From Gammaproteobacteria bacterium (lineage in GTDB: Bacteria > Pseudomonadota > Gammaproteobacteria > CBDBNL01 > JAAOII01), in contig OZ242372.1 in the NCBI GenBank assembly GCA_965209035.1, positions 1,600,001-1,664,000 on the forward strand: a stretch of DNA of 64,000 nucleotides. Direction: 5' to 3'. Shown here piece by piece: positions 9,198 to 19,278 of this stretch. A program made the position numbers and the translations under genes. Under the pieces are notes generated by a model. It had not been told where the DNA came from. It saw nothing but the letters and a program-made list of their open reading frames with translations, and did no database searches. The first letter of the stretch is position 1, and every line of letters starts with the position of its first letter.

Positions 9198-10636
9198 GAG
9201 GATATGGAATGACTGTCCGGTTACTGATAGGTACTTTTTTTGCTCTTTTGGCGGGGCCGGTGTTTGCCGTTACCGAAGAGCGGTTACCCGAAGATCTGAC
9301 ACACCATCCGCTCGCTATCGCGACTTTGTTTTTGTTTTGTATTGCCTATTTTCTGGTGATACTGGAAGAATGGACCAAGATGCGCAAGTCCAAACCGATG
9401 CTACTTTGCGCCGGTATCATTTGGGCAATCATTGCTTGGATTTACTCCGGCACGCATGCCGCCGATATTGTCGGCGAACATTTTCGCGAACATCTGCTGG
9501 ATTACGCCGAGTTACTGCTCTTTTTGTTGGTTGCTATGACCTATATCAGCGCAATGGAAGAGCGGCGTCTTTTTCTCGCCCTTAAGGCCTGGTTGATCGA
9601 GCGGAAGTTCAGTTTGCGCGGCCTGTTTTGGATGACGGGTATTCTTTCGTTTATCATTTCCCCTTTTGCCGATAATCTGACCACAGCCATTTTGATGTGC
9701 AGTGTGGTGATGGCGGTTGGCGACGGTAATAAAAAGTTTGTTGGTATCGCTTGTGCCAATATCGTGGTGGCGGCAAATGCCGGCGGGGCATTTAGCCCGT
9801 TTGGTGATATCACCACTCTGATGGTATGGCAATCCGGCAAGGTGGGCTTCACCGAATTTTTTGTTTTGTTCTTCCCGTCTTTGTTGAACTTTCTTGTGCC
9901 GGCGGCGATCATGCATTTCTTTGTTGAAAAAGGGATGCCGGGCGCGAAACCGGAAAAAGTGGAAATTAAGCGCGGCGGTTTTCGTATCGTGGGCTTGTTT
10001 GCCTTGACAGTCCTGACATCCGTGGTGTTTTATACCTGGTTTGATTTGCCCCCGGCCGCGGGGATGATGATGGGCTTGAGTTATCTGCAATTTTTTGGCT
10101 ACTTTTTGCGCAAAACTTTGCCGCGCTCGATTGCCAGAAAGGCCGCCAAAGCACATGTGAGTCCGGATGAGTTTGTCCGCATGGGGAATGTCGTCCCGTT
10201 TGATGTGTTTAACCGGGTGGCACACGCCGAATGGGACACGCTGATTTTTTTCTACGGAGTGGTGATGTGTATCGGCGGTTTGAGTTTTATGGGTTACTTG
10301 GAACTTCTTTCAATCAATACCTATATCGCATTCGGTCCGACAATTGCCAACTCCTTGATAGGCGTTTTTTCCGCCGTATTGGATAACATCCCGCTGATGT
10401 TTGCCGTTCTCCAGATGGACCCGGATATGGAACACGGGCAATGGCTGTTGGTTACTCTGACCGCAGGTGTCGGTGGCAGTCTGCTGGCAACCGGCTCCGC
10501 CGCCGGCGTCGCCCTGCTGGGGCATGCGCGCGGTCAATACACTTTTATGTCCCATTTGAAGTGGGCTCCCGCCATTGCCGTGGGCTATATCGTTTCTATT
10601 TGGGCCCACCTTTGGCTAAACAGCGGTATGATGTAA
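9194..10636 (+). CDS. nhaD: Na+/H+ antiporter NhaD
   Basis: Motifs KSKPML, ADNLTTA, ANAGGAFSPFGDITTLMVW, DNIP and GGSLLATGSAAGVAL. Confidence 0.93.
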   Translation: MRGYGMTVRLLIGTFFALLAGPVFAVTEERLPEDLTHHPLAIATLFLFCIAYFLVILEEWTKMRKSKPMLLCAGIIWAIIAWIYSGTHAADIVGEHFREHLLDYAELLLFLLVAMTYISAMEERRLFLALKAWLIERKFSLRGLFWMTGILSFIISPFADNLTTAILMCSVVMAVGDGNKKFVGIACANIVVAANAGGAFSPFGDITTLMVWQSGKVGFTEFFVLFFPSLLNFLVPAAIMHFFVEKGMPGAKPEKVEIKRGGFRIVGLFALTVLTSVVFYTWFDLPPAAGMMMGLSYLQFFGYFLRKTLPRSIARKAAKAHVSPDEFVRMGNVVPFDVFNRVAHAEWDTLIFFYGVVMCIGGLSFMGYLELLSINTYIAFGPTIANSLIGVFSAVLDNIPLMFAVLQMDPDMEHGQWLLVTLTAGVGGSLLATGSAAGVALLGHARGQYTFMSHLKWAPAIAVGYIVSIWAHLWLNSGMM

Positions 10637-10650
10637 TCCCGGGGCGGGGG
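10606..10650 (+). repeat. Left direct repeat of the R-M island (45 bp exact, includes the nhaD stop)
   Basis: Identical to 16246-16290; weaker similarity continues for about 45 bp. Confidence 0.92.
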
Positions 10651-10747
10651 CAAGATTGCCGGGCTTCGGCGGTTTGTGTCAATTAAGGTTGGGATATTTT
10701 AATCGCACTTTCTGTTGTTATATTGAGGGCTATGGCACCGGAACACT

Positions 10748-10801
10748 CCGATTCAGTTCGGCCAAAAATACAAGGAACTCGAGGCCGGGCGGGGTGATAC
10801 A
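10748..10801 (+). repeat. Highly degenerate IS481 right-end copy
   Basis: About 31/54 ungapped matches to 7931-7984, ending in GGGCGGGGTGATACA. Confidence 0.55.
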
Positions 10802-10884
10802 ATATAATCCTGCATGATCATAGTATTTCAGTGGAATGGTCATAAAATGTTGAATATCCTTAGAAATGAGTATAAAAATCAATT

Positions 10885-11907
10885 GTGAATAAGAGTATTG
10901 TTGGTGTTGATCTTTTTTGCGGAATCGGTGGCTTAACAAATGGTCTTCAATCGGCCGGGATTGATGTGCGCGCGGGCTTTGATCTGGATGAGTCCTGCAG
11001 ATTTGCATACGAAAAAAATAACCGTGCCAAGTTTCATTATGAAGATGTAACAACTCTTAACCCTAAGAAGATTACAGATCATTTTGCGGGTGCGAAGTAT
11101 ACCCTTTTAGCCGGTTGTGCTCCGTGTCAGCCTTTTTCTCACTACAAAAAAAATAAAATAAAAGAAACCGCGGATCATCGCTGGAATCTGTTGGGATATT
11201 TTTCTCGTTTGGTTCGTCAAACCAAGCCGACAGTGATTAGTATGGAGAATGTTCCCGGCTGCCGGCACCATCCGGTTTACGCAAGTTTTCTGCAAGACTT
11301 GAAAGAGTTGGGTTATGAAATAGGATATGCGGGTATTGTTAATTGCGGCGATTACGGAATACCGCAAAACCGTAAACGGTTGGTTGTGCTTGCTTCCAAA
11401 AAGGGGATGATTAAGTTTCTCCCTCCCAAAGTTCCCGGTAAAACTGTCAGAGAGGCAATTTATGCTTATCAAGATAAGGATCGCAACGATGATCCGGTTC
11501 ATCGCGCGCTTTTGTTGTCAGCGAAGAACTTGGAACGTATTAAGCAATCCGAACCGGGCGGAAGTTGGAAGTCTTGGAATCCGGCATTGGTATCTCCGTG
11601 TCACGGTGAACGGGGTCATAGTTATACTTCTTCCTATGGGAGAATGCGCTGGGATGCTCCCGCTCCGACCATCACCACACAGTTTTGTTACTATGGTTGC
11701 GGTCGCTTCGGACATCCCGAAAGAAACCGCACAATTACAATAAGAGAAGCCGCATTGCTACAATCGTTCTCACAGGATTATGTTTTTTGTGAGGGAAATG
11801 AAAGTGTGCCAAATATTCGTGTGCTCGCACGCCAAATCGGAAATGCGGTCCCGCCCGTATTGGGAAAGATAATAGGAAATTCCGTTAAGCAACATCTTAT
11901 TCATTAA
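10885..11907 (+). CDS. DNA (cytosine-5) methyltransferase
   Basis: Motifs DLFCGIGG (I), APCQPFS (IV), ENV (VI), PQNRKR (VIII), REAALLQSF and IGNAVPP. Confidence 0.96.
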   Translation: MNKSIVGVDLFCGIGGLTNGLQSAGIDVRAGFDLDESCRFAYEKNNRAKFHYEDVTTLNPKKITDHFAGAKYTLLAGCAPCQPFSHYKKNKIKETADHRWNLLGYFSRLVRQTKPTVISMENVPGCRHHPVYASFLQDLKELGYEIGYAGIVNCGDYGIPQNRKRLVVLASKKGMIKFLPPKVPGKTVREAIYAYQDKDRNDDPVHRALLLSAKNLERIKQSEPGGSWKSWNPALVSPCHGERGHSYTSSYGRMRWDAPAPTITTQFCYYGCGRFGHPERNRTITIREAALLQSFSQDYVFCEGNESVPNIRVLARQIGNAVPPVLGKIIGNSVKQHLIH

Positions 11908-11953
11908 TGATTCATTCATTCATTAAGGTTTCGTTAGGGCTAGGTAAAAGGTA

Positions 11954-13438
11954 ATGAATCACAATTCTTACAGAATGCGTTTAAGTTTGAGTATCTTGGA
12001 GCATTTGGGATTAAATCTTTATAGCAATTTACCTGCGGTCATAGCCGAAACTGTTGCCAATGCTTGGGATGCGGATGCAACCAAAGTATTGGTTGAAATT
12101 TCCAAGAATTCAAATGGCGAACAAATAGTTACCATAACGGATGACGGCATAGGGATGACAGTGGACGATGCAAACGACAAATTTTTGGTGGTTGGCTATC
12201 AGCGCCGTAAGCAGGAGCCGGTCACTCAAAAAGGGCGGGACCCTATGGGCCGCAAGGGAATTGGGAAACTATCGCTCTTTTCTATTGCCGAAGAAATAGA
12301 AGTACATAGCCGTAAAGGTAATGAGCAACAAGCATTCTTGTTAGAACATCGTGCCATAAAGGAAGCAATTGAAAACGATAAAAACAACGACGCTATTTAC
12401 GAACCCAAGAGCATAGACTTTAGATCGTTTGGTTACCCGCAAGGAACGAGAATTGTGATTCGCAAACTCAAAAAACGAGTTAACTTGAAGACTGCTTCAT
12501 TTTTACGGAAAAGAATTGCCCGGCGTTTTGGCATTTCTTGTATTAATGATATGGAAATATGGGTCAAGGATGCACAGTCTAACGAGAAAGTCAGTATTAA
12601 TGACAGGGAGTATTTTAAGAAACTGGAACTTATGTTGCTGTATGGAGATGATGATTATAAAAAGTATCGCAATACCGATATTGAAACAGAAGAGCGAGAA
12701 AATCAAGTAATTGTTACGGAAGGAGAAAAAGAGACACAGTATGAAGTGCGGGGCTGGATAGGTTTTGCCAAAGAAACCCCGGATCTGACGGTTGACGGTG
12801 AGAGCATTAATAAGATCTCTATTATGACACGCAACAAATTGGGGTTGGAAGATTTTTTACCGGAAGTCGCCAAGTCATCAAGTAACTATACCAAGTATCT
12901 TATCGGTGAAATCTACGCCGATTTTTTGGATATGGATGAAGAGGAAGATATAGCTACTTCCAGCAGGCAAAATTTTATTGAGGATGATCCGCGTTTTCAA
13001 TCTCTAAAAAAATTTCTTATCGCAGAAATCCGGCATGCCGGAACCAAATGGAATCAAATGAGGAGTAACAAGGGCATGGCGGATGCCACTTCATTAATAC
13101 CGCCCCTTAAAGAATGGTATGACAAATTGCCGAAAGATATGCAAGAATTTACAAAGGGTTTTTTTGGAGACATCAATTCATCCGCAGTGGAAGGAGAACA
13201 AAAAAATCAGATGTACGCTAATGCCGTTTTTGCGATTGAATACTATCAAGCAAAGAGAATGCTTACGGCACTCAAAAAGTTAGATGTTAACTCGATTCAA
13301 AACTTTTTAAGTATTACAAGAGAATATGACAAATTGGAAGAAGCATCCTATTATCGGATTATTGAAGACAGACTTGAAATTATAAGAAAAATACAACAGG
13401 CTATCGAAGAACAAGCCAAGGAGGATGTTTTTCGCGAT
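11954..13438 (+). pseudogene. 5' part of a GHKL/MORC-type ATPase-nuclease fusion, interrupted by IS1634
   Basis: GHKL motifs ETVANAWDADA, DDGIGM, GRKGIGKLS and GTRI. The frame ends inside the IS at 13471. Confidence 0.88.
13280..13438 (+). repeat. 159-bp target duplication, left copy
   Basis: Identical to 15410-15568 and abuts the IS left IR. Confidence 0.97.
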
Positions 13439-15409
13439 CTTGACTTCGGAAAGAAATTTTTAGATTTTTAAAAACTCTTGTATTTATAAGGGTTTTTTAG
13501 AGTTTTTACAGGGTATAATTATAGGGTATATTATGCGTATCCGTGAAATTACCCGAAAAAAGGGACAGGTTCTGTCCGTGGTGTTTTGTTTTCAGCCATC
13601 CGGCAGCAAAAACGCAACGAATATGACCCTCTATACCAGCCCGGCGGTCAAAGCCGGTAGTGCGGCGTATGATACGGTGCGTGCTGATGTTGAGCAACGG
13701 CGCGTGCGTTTGGAGAAGGAGTTCAAACAAAGCGAGTCGGTGAATGTGTTTTTGGCACAGCATCAAAAGTTTGTCGGTTGTGGTCGTGGCCATGCAAAAC
13801 GGCAAAGTACGCGCGCAGACAATGCGGGTGCCACACTATTTGTTCAGGCTCTGGGTGCGCGCAGTTACGGTCTGCCCTATGTCATGGAGAAATTATTTGC
13901 GGTCATGGGCTTGGATGCGTTGGTGGCACCGCGGCGCCAACGGCTGAATGCCTGTTTGCGGGTGCTCAGTTGGGGGCGTCTGACGGCCGAACGGATTAGT
14001 AAACGGCAATTGTCGCAGCTGTTGGAAGAAGAATATGGGATCCGCTGGTCTGAGGACAGCATGTATAAAGCGATGGATCATTTGGATGATGCCGCGATTG
14101 AGCGCATTCAGATGCGGGTGGCACGTTCCAACTTGGCATTGCTCAACCAAAAGACGGTGCAGCTGTTGCTGTATGACACGACGACCTTTTACTTTGAATC
14201 GGTGCAGGCCGATGACTTCCGCTGCAGGGGTTGGTCCAAAGACGGCAAAGCCCATCGGACGCAAGTGGTCTTTGGGATGTGGATGACGCCTTGTGGCTTG
14301 CCGTTGGGCTACAAACTATTTACCGGCAATACGGCGGATGTGTCGACCTTGTTGCCGGCTTTGGACGAGATGCAGCAGCGGCTGGGGGCCCAAAAGACGG
14401 TGGTGATTGCTGACAACGGCCTCCTCAGTGAAGACAACTTGGCGGCGATTACCGCGGCCGGGCATGAGTTTGTCATGGCCTGTTCGCCACGCAAGTTACC
14501 CAAAGAGATCCGCACGGCGGTCTACAGCTTTGATTTTGAAGGCGGGGCCCGTATCTTTGAGCTCGGCTTGCTACCGCGGGCGCGCAGCCCACGTGCCGAC
14601 GATGACCGGCGCACCGTGGCACGCAATTATTATGCCAACTTATCCTTCAAGCGCGCCCGCCGCGATCTCCATCAGCTGGATCTGGCCTTGAAGCGGGCCC
14701 AAAACAGTACCGGCGGCAACCGCCAAGCCCTGCAGGGGATTACCAATCCCGATATCCGTAAGTTCTTATCCAACAACGGCATCACCACACTGAACACCGC
14801 CGCCATCAAGCAGGCGATGCAAGAAATCGGTCTCTATGGCGTGCAGGCCTCGCCCAATATTGACTACCAAACCGCCTACACTTACTACAAACAACTGTAT
14901 GCCATTGAACACGGCTTCCGGGATCTTAAAAGTGATCTGCAAATCCGCCCGACCTTCCATTGGAAACCCGAGCGCATCCGCGCCCATTTCGCCCTCTGCT
15001 ATCTGGCGTTTGCCGCCATCCGCCGCTTGCGGTATGTCCTCCGCCAACAAAAGCCCGCACCCACCACCGTGTGGACCACCGAAATGCTGCCGTTCACCGA
15101 TCTAGATGCCCGACCGCAGCCGCCGCAAAAAAACAAGACCGAGGAAATCGTCACCACCAAGAAGATCCTCAAAGAACTGCGCAACTTCAAAGCAACTATC
15201 CAACGCGATCCCATCGGCAACTATTACCACAACCCGCACCCACTCACCCCGGGACAGCAACGCATTTTACAAGCCGTGCAACTAAAACCCAAACAACCCG
15301 CTTTGTTCAATAACCGGCACTAAGGGGCAAGGCAAAGGCTGGCAGGGTATAAAAACGGCCCGCAAACCCTTATAAAATCAAGGTTTTTTAAGAAGTTTCC
15401 GAAGTCAAG
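13439..15409 (+). mobile_element. IS1634-family insertion sequence (1971 bp)
   Basis: 14-bp perfect terminal IRs CTTGACTTCGGAAA / TTTCCGAAGTCAAG, higher GC than the flanks, single transposase. Confidence 0.95.
13533..15323 (+). CDS. IS1634-family transposase
   Basis: Motifs YDTTTFYFE, GWSKDG, IADNG and IEHGFRDLKSDLQIRPTFHWKPERIRAH. Confidence 0.93.
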   Translation: MRIREITRKKGQVLSVVFCFQPSGSKNATNMTLYTSPAVKAGSAAYDTVRADVEQRRVRLEKEFKQSESVNVFLAQHQKFVGCGRGHAKRQSTRADNAGATLFVQALGARSYGLPYVMEKLFAVMGLDALVAPRRQRLNACLRVLSWGRLTAERISKRQLSQLLEEEYGIRWSEDSMYKAMDHLDDAAIERIQMRVARSNLALLNQKTVQLLLYDTTTFYFESVQADDFRCRGWSKDGKAHRTQVVFGMWMTPCGLPLGYKLFTGNTADVSTLLPALDEMQQRLGAQKTVVIADNGLLSEDNLAAITAAGHEFVMACSPRKLPKEIRTAVYSFDFEGGARIFELGLLPRARSPRADDDRRTVARNYYANLSFKRARRDLHQLDLALKRAQNSTGGNRQALQGITNPDIRKFLSNNGITTLNTAAIKQAMQEIGLYGVQASPNIDYQTAYTYYKQLYAIEHGFRDLKSDLQIRPTFHWKPERIRAHFALCYLAFAAIRRLRYVLRQQKPAPTTVWTTEMLPFTDLDARPQPPQKNKTEEIVTTKKILKELRNFKATIQRDPIGNYYHNPHPLTPGQQRILQAVQLKPKQPALFNNRH

Positions 15410-15568
15410 TTAGATGTTAACTCGATTCAAAACTTTTTAAGTATTACAAGAGAATATGACAAATTGGAAGAAGCATCCTATTATCGGATTATTGAAGACA
15501 GACTTGAAATTATAAGAAAAATACAACAGGCTATCGAAGAACAAGCCAAGGAGGATGTTTTTCGCGAT
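15410..15568 (+). repeat. 159-bp target duplication, right copy
   Basis: Identical to 13280-13438. Confidence 0.97.
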
Positions 15569-16087
15569 TATTTGTTTAAGCATCTGTGGCTCTTGGATCC
15601 CACCTGGGACAGGACAACAGCGGATTCTCACAAAGAGAGGACGCTGAATACAATAATTGGAAAAATAGATAATAGATCGAACAAAGGATCAAGCAATAGA
15701 ATAGATATTAAATACCGGAAGGCACCCGGAACACATGTGATTGTGGAATTAAAACGTTACTCCGCTTCGGTGTCTAAGACAGACTTGGAATCGCAAATAA
15801 CAAAATATATGAAAGAGTTTGGCAATTATCTCAAGAGTACACACACGGATCAAAAAGACCGAATGTTAGAGGGAATTTGTGTGATTGGAAAAATGGATTG
15901 GGGAGAACCGGAGGAGATCAGACGAGAATTGGAGTCTCTGAAAGTCAAAAATATTAAGGTATTTACATATGATGATTTAATCCAACAGACAGAGGCAATT
16001 TATAGTGATTTTCTTACCAAAGAAAAAGAACATAATGAAATTAACAAGTTACTACGACAGATTTTCGAATATACTAAGAGCGATTAA
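15464..16087 (+). pseudogene. 3' part (PD-(D/E)XK-like nuclease) of the interrupted ATPase-nuclease gene
   Basis: In-frame continuation after the duplication: HLWLLDPTW, RIDIKY...VIVELKR and VFTYDDLI. Confidence 0.85.
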
Positions 16088-16245
16088 GAGAAATAAGTTC
16101 GGGTTATGATTGAGAATTTTCGCATAGTTAACATCCGTATCCATACTACAAAGTTTTGATTTTTCAGCAAGAACAAGAGGTTCCCAATGTCTTCCTAATG
16201 TCTCAAGAAATGAATGATCAGAAGTTAGGCGAGTATCTCTGCCCT

Positions 16246-16290
16246 CCACCTTTGGCTAAACAGCGGTATGATGTAATCCCGGGGCGGGGG
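16246..16290 (+). repeat. Right direct repeat of the R-M island
   Basis: Identical to 10606-10650. Confidence 0.92.
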
Positions 16291-16450
16291 TGGGTCGCCG
16301 GGATCGGCAGTTTATGCCAAGCGGTTGGGGTAATACAACATTATTTTGCATAATTCCGATTATTATGTGTATAATAAAGAAAGTTCGAATGTTTTAAATA
16401 TTTTGAACATCGGGCTAATTAGATATATTTTTATATAAGAAACTAAAATT

Positions 16451-17662
16451 ATGAAAAAACTTTACTTACTTTTAGTGTCCGTTTTGTTGACCGCACAGCT
16501 CACCGCAGGTGAACTGGTCATTAATGCGGACACATCGGACCCGGATCCGAAAAAAGCGTTTCAAACTTTAATTGCGAAGTTTGAAAAAGCACATCCGGAT
16601 GTGACCGTTAAATCCAATATTTATGATCACGAAGCCTATAAAACGACGATCCGTAACTGGTTGGTGACCGAACCGCCGGATGTGGTTTATTGGTATGCGG
16701 GTAATCGGATGAAGCAATTTGTTAATCTCGGATTGCTGGAAGATGTCTCGGATATCTGGGCCGCCAATGATCTGGAAAACAAGATGCCCGGTGCGGCCGC
16801 TTCCATGACCTTGAACGGTAAAAAGTGGGGTGTTCCCTATACTTTTTATAACTGGGGTATCTATTATCGCAAGGACATTTTTGACAAACACGGCATCGGC
16901 GAACCCAAGACCTGGGAAGACTTCTTAGAAGCCTGTGCAACGCTTAAGAAGAACGGAGTGACTCCCATCACCATCGGCACCAAGTATCTTTGGACCGCCG
17001 GCGGTTGGTTTGATTATCTGAACATGCGCGTTAACGGGTATGATTTTCATATCGATCTGATGGACGGTAAGATCCCTTACACGGACAAACGTGTTAAGGA
17101 TACCTTCAAACACTGGGCACAATTGATTGAGCCCGGCTACTTCCTGGAAAACCATGCCTCTTATTCTTGGCAAGAAGCACAACCTTTCATGTATCGCGGC
17201 GAAGCGGCGATGTATCTGATTGGTAACTTCATTACACCGCAGTTCCCTGCGGATGTGAAATCCAAGATGAGTTTCTTTCAATTTCCGGTCATTAAACCGG
17301 GATTGGCATTGGGTGAAGACGCCCCCACCGATACAATCCACATACCCGCCAAAGCCAAGAACAAAGCGGATGCCAGAAAATTTTTGGCATATGCGGCAAG
17401 AGCGGATGTACAGACGGAAATTAATGGCATTTTGTTACAACTGCCTACCAATAAAGATGCCCGGCCTGTCGATGATCCGTTTTTGAACAAGGCACAGGCA
17501 ATGCTTGCCAAATCCAAGACCGCCCAGTTTTACGACCGGGATACGGATCCGGATATGGCAAAAGAAGGGATGAAAGGCTTTCAAGAGTTTATGGTTAAGC
17601 CTGAACGACTGGACAGTATCCTTAAAAGGTTGGAAAGAAAACGCAAACGGGTTTTCGAATAA
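16451..17662 (+). CDS. Sugar ABC transporter substrate-binding protein
   Basis: Signal peptide plus PPDVVYW, GVPYTFYNWGIYYRKDIF, PKTWEDF and GEAAMYLIG; adjacent to a GH4 gene and malK. Confidence 0.92.
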   Translation: MKKLYLLLVSVLLTAQLTAGELVINADTSDPDPKKAFQTLIAKFEKAHPDVTVKSNIYDHEAYKTTIRNWLVTEPPDVVYWYAGNRMKQFVNLGLLEDVSDIWAANDLENKMPGAAASMTLNGKKWGVPYTFYNWGIYYRKDIFDKHGIGEPKTWEDFLEACATLKKNGVTPITIGTKYLWTAGGWFDYLNMRVNGYDFHIDLMDGKIPYTDKRVKDTFKHWAQLIEPGYFLENHASYSWQEAQPFMYRGEAAMYLIGNFITPQFPADVKSKMSFFQFPVIKPGLALGEDAPTDTIHIPAKAKNKADARKFLAYAARADVQTEINGILLQLPTNKDARPVDDPFLNKAQAMLAKSKTAQFYDRDTDPDMAKEGMKGFQEFMVKPERLDSILKRLERKRKRVFE

Positions 17663-17682
17663 GGACTTTTTAACTCTCACCG

Positions 17683-17736
17683 GACGGGTCTTTTAGACCC
17701 GTCTTTTTTTAAGCGACCTTTCGGGTCGCTTTTTTT
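17683..17736 (+). terminator. Two tandem intrinsic terminators
   Basis: GACGGGTCT-ttt-AGACCCGTC-T7, followed by AAGCGACC-tttcg-GGTCGCTT and a T-run. Confidence 0.85.
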
Positions 17737-17936
17737 ATGCGTTTGAAATGTGAACTGATACCGATTTGGGCCCGGTTTTTGATTTTTGGTTTTTGCTTTT
17801 TGATGACGGATTGTTTGGAACTTTCAAACTTACAAACCCCCAAGCTTCCGGTTTGGTTTGAGAATTTCGTGTTGTAGCCGCCTTGAATTAGGCGGAGGTT
17901 AGCCGGGGGTTAGTTTGAGCTTTTGGGGTTACGACA

Positions 17937-19253
17937 TTATGCCGCGAAACTTGGCAACCATTCTTTGTGCGCGTCCAACAGTTCGTCGGTCATTCGGCAG
18001 ATCTCCTCGGGATTTAACTCGGCCGCCGTATGCGGATCCAACAAGGCGGCATGATAAATATGCTCGCGCTTGTTTGCCAGGGATGCCGCCACGGTTAACT
18101 CCTGCACATTGATATTGGTTTGCATCAATGCGGTTAACTGCGGCGGAATCTTGCCAACCTTTTGCGGGTGAATTCCCTGTTTGTCGACCCGACAAACCAT
18201 CTCCGCGCAGCAACTTTCGGGAAGCCCCTCAATGAGTGGCCCGCGGTTTGGGACATTGCCGTGAATTTCTGTGGCATGATCCAGTTCAATTCCTTTGAGA
18301 ATATCGACCGCATATTCCACACTGCGTTTGAGTTCAAACTTGTGTTCCGGGTCCTCCAATCCCTTCCGCATCTTGTCCCAATCGGCGGATTGTGTTTCGC
18401 AGCGTTCAATATACTCGTCCAACGGAATAGAAAATTCTTTGATGAGTTGCGGCTGCTGTCGCTTGATGAACCAGGGCACATATTCCGCAAAATGCTCGCT
18501 GGATTCGGTGACAAAGTAGCCAAGGTGTCGCATCACTTCATAGCGAATACGATTCGTGGGCGGATACTTTTTTTCTTCGGCAATTTGATGCAACCGCGGA
18601 TAGAGAGATACTTTTTTGCCTTCGCTCATGTGTTCCAAGGTCAGAAAAAATGCCATATGATTAATGCCGGCACAAGTGAATTGGATCTCCCCGGGCGGAA
18701 TGTTTAAATCTTTGGCAAGATCCAAAATCGTATAGCGGACACTGTGGCACAGCCCGACGGTTTTCAACTGCGGGAAGCGGCGTGCCAATGCCATTTGCAA
18801 CATGCACATGGGATTGACATAATTGAGTAGCAGGGCGTCCGGGCAGTATTTTTCAATATCCGCCGCCAGGTCCAGTATGACCGGGATGCTGCGCAGTCCG
18901 CGCATGATGCCGCCTATGCCGAGCGTATCGGCGATGGTCTGTCGCAGGCCGTATTTCTTGGGAATTTCAAAATCCGTGACGGTGCAGGGCTTGTAGCCGC
19001 CGACTTGCATCATGGTGATTACATAGTTTGTGTCTTGCAGTGCATTTTTTCGTTCCGTATGCGCGGTGATGTGAGTGGGTAAGTTTAACTGCCGCACAAG
19101 GTTTTTTGCCATCTTCTCGGAAGTGGCGAGTCGGGTGGCGTCTATGTCATACAGGCTGAAATGCGTGTCGGCAAACTCCGGGACCTGTAGGATGTCTGTC
19201 AGCAGGTTGCGGGCAAATATTGAACTGCCCGCACCGACAAAGCAAATTTTCAC
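17937..19253 (-). CDS. melA: Alpha-galactosidase, glycoside hydrolase family 4
   Basis: Motifs FVGAGS, QTIADTLGIGG, LNYVNPM, GLCHSV, AGINHM and VTESSEHFAEY. Confidence 0.93.
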   Translation of the reverse strand: MKICFVGAGSSIFARNLLTDILQVPEFADTHFSLYDIDATRLATSEKMAKNLVRQLNLPTHITAHTERKNALQDTNYVITMMQVGGYKPCTVTDFEIPKKYGLRQTIADTLGIGGIMRGLRSIPVILDLAADIEKYCPDALLLNYVNPMCMLQMALARRFPQLKTVGLCHSVRYTILDLAKDLNIPPGEIQFTCAGINHMAFFLTLEHMSEGKKVSLYPRLHQIAEEKKYPPTNRIRYEVMRHLGYFVTESSEHFAEYVPWFIKRQQPQLIKEFSIPLDEYIERCETQSADWDKMRKGLEDPEHKFELKRSVEYAVDILKGIELDHATEIHGNVPNRGPLIEGLPESCCAEMVCRVDKQGIHPQKVGKIPPQLTALMQTNINVQELTVAASLANKREHIYHAALLDPHTAAELNPEEICRMTDELLDAHKEWLPSFAA

Positions 19254-19278
19254 CGGGGGCCTGTCCGGTCGTGTCTAA

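Noticed and set aside
16052-16353. Short ORFs at the right border of the R-M island
   Set aside because: They span the repeat junction and have no recognisable motifs; at most a truncated gene remnant.
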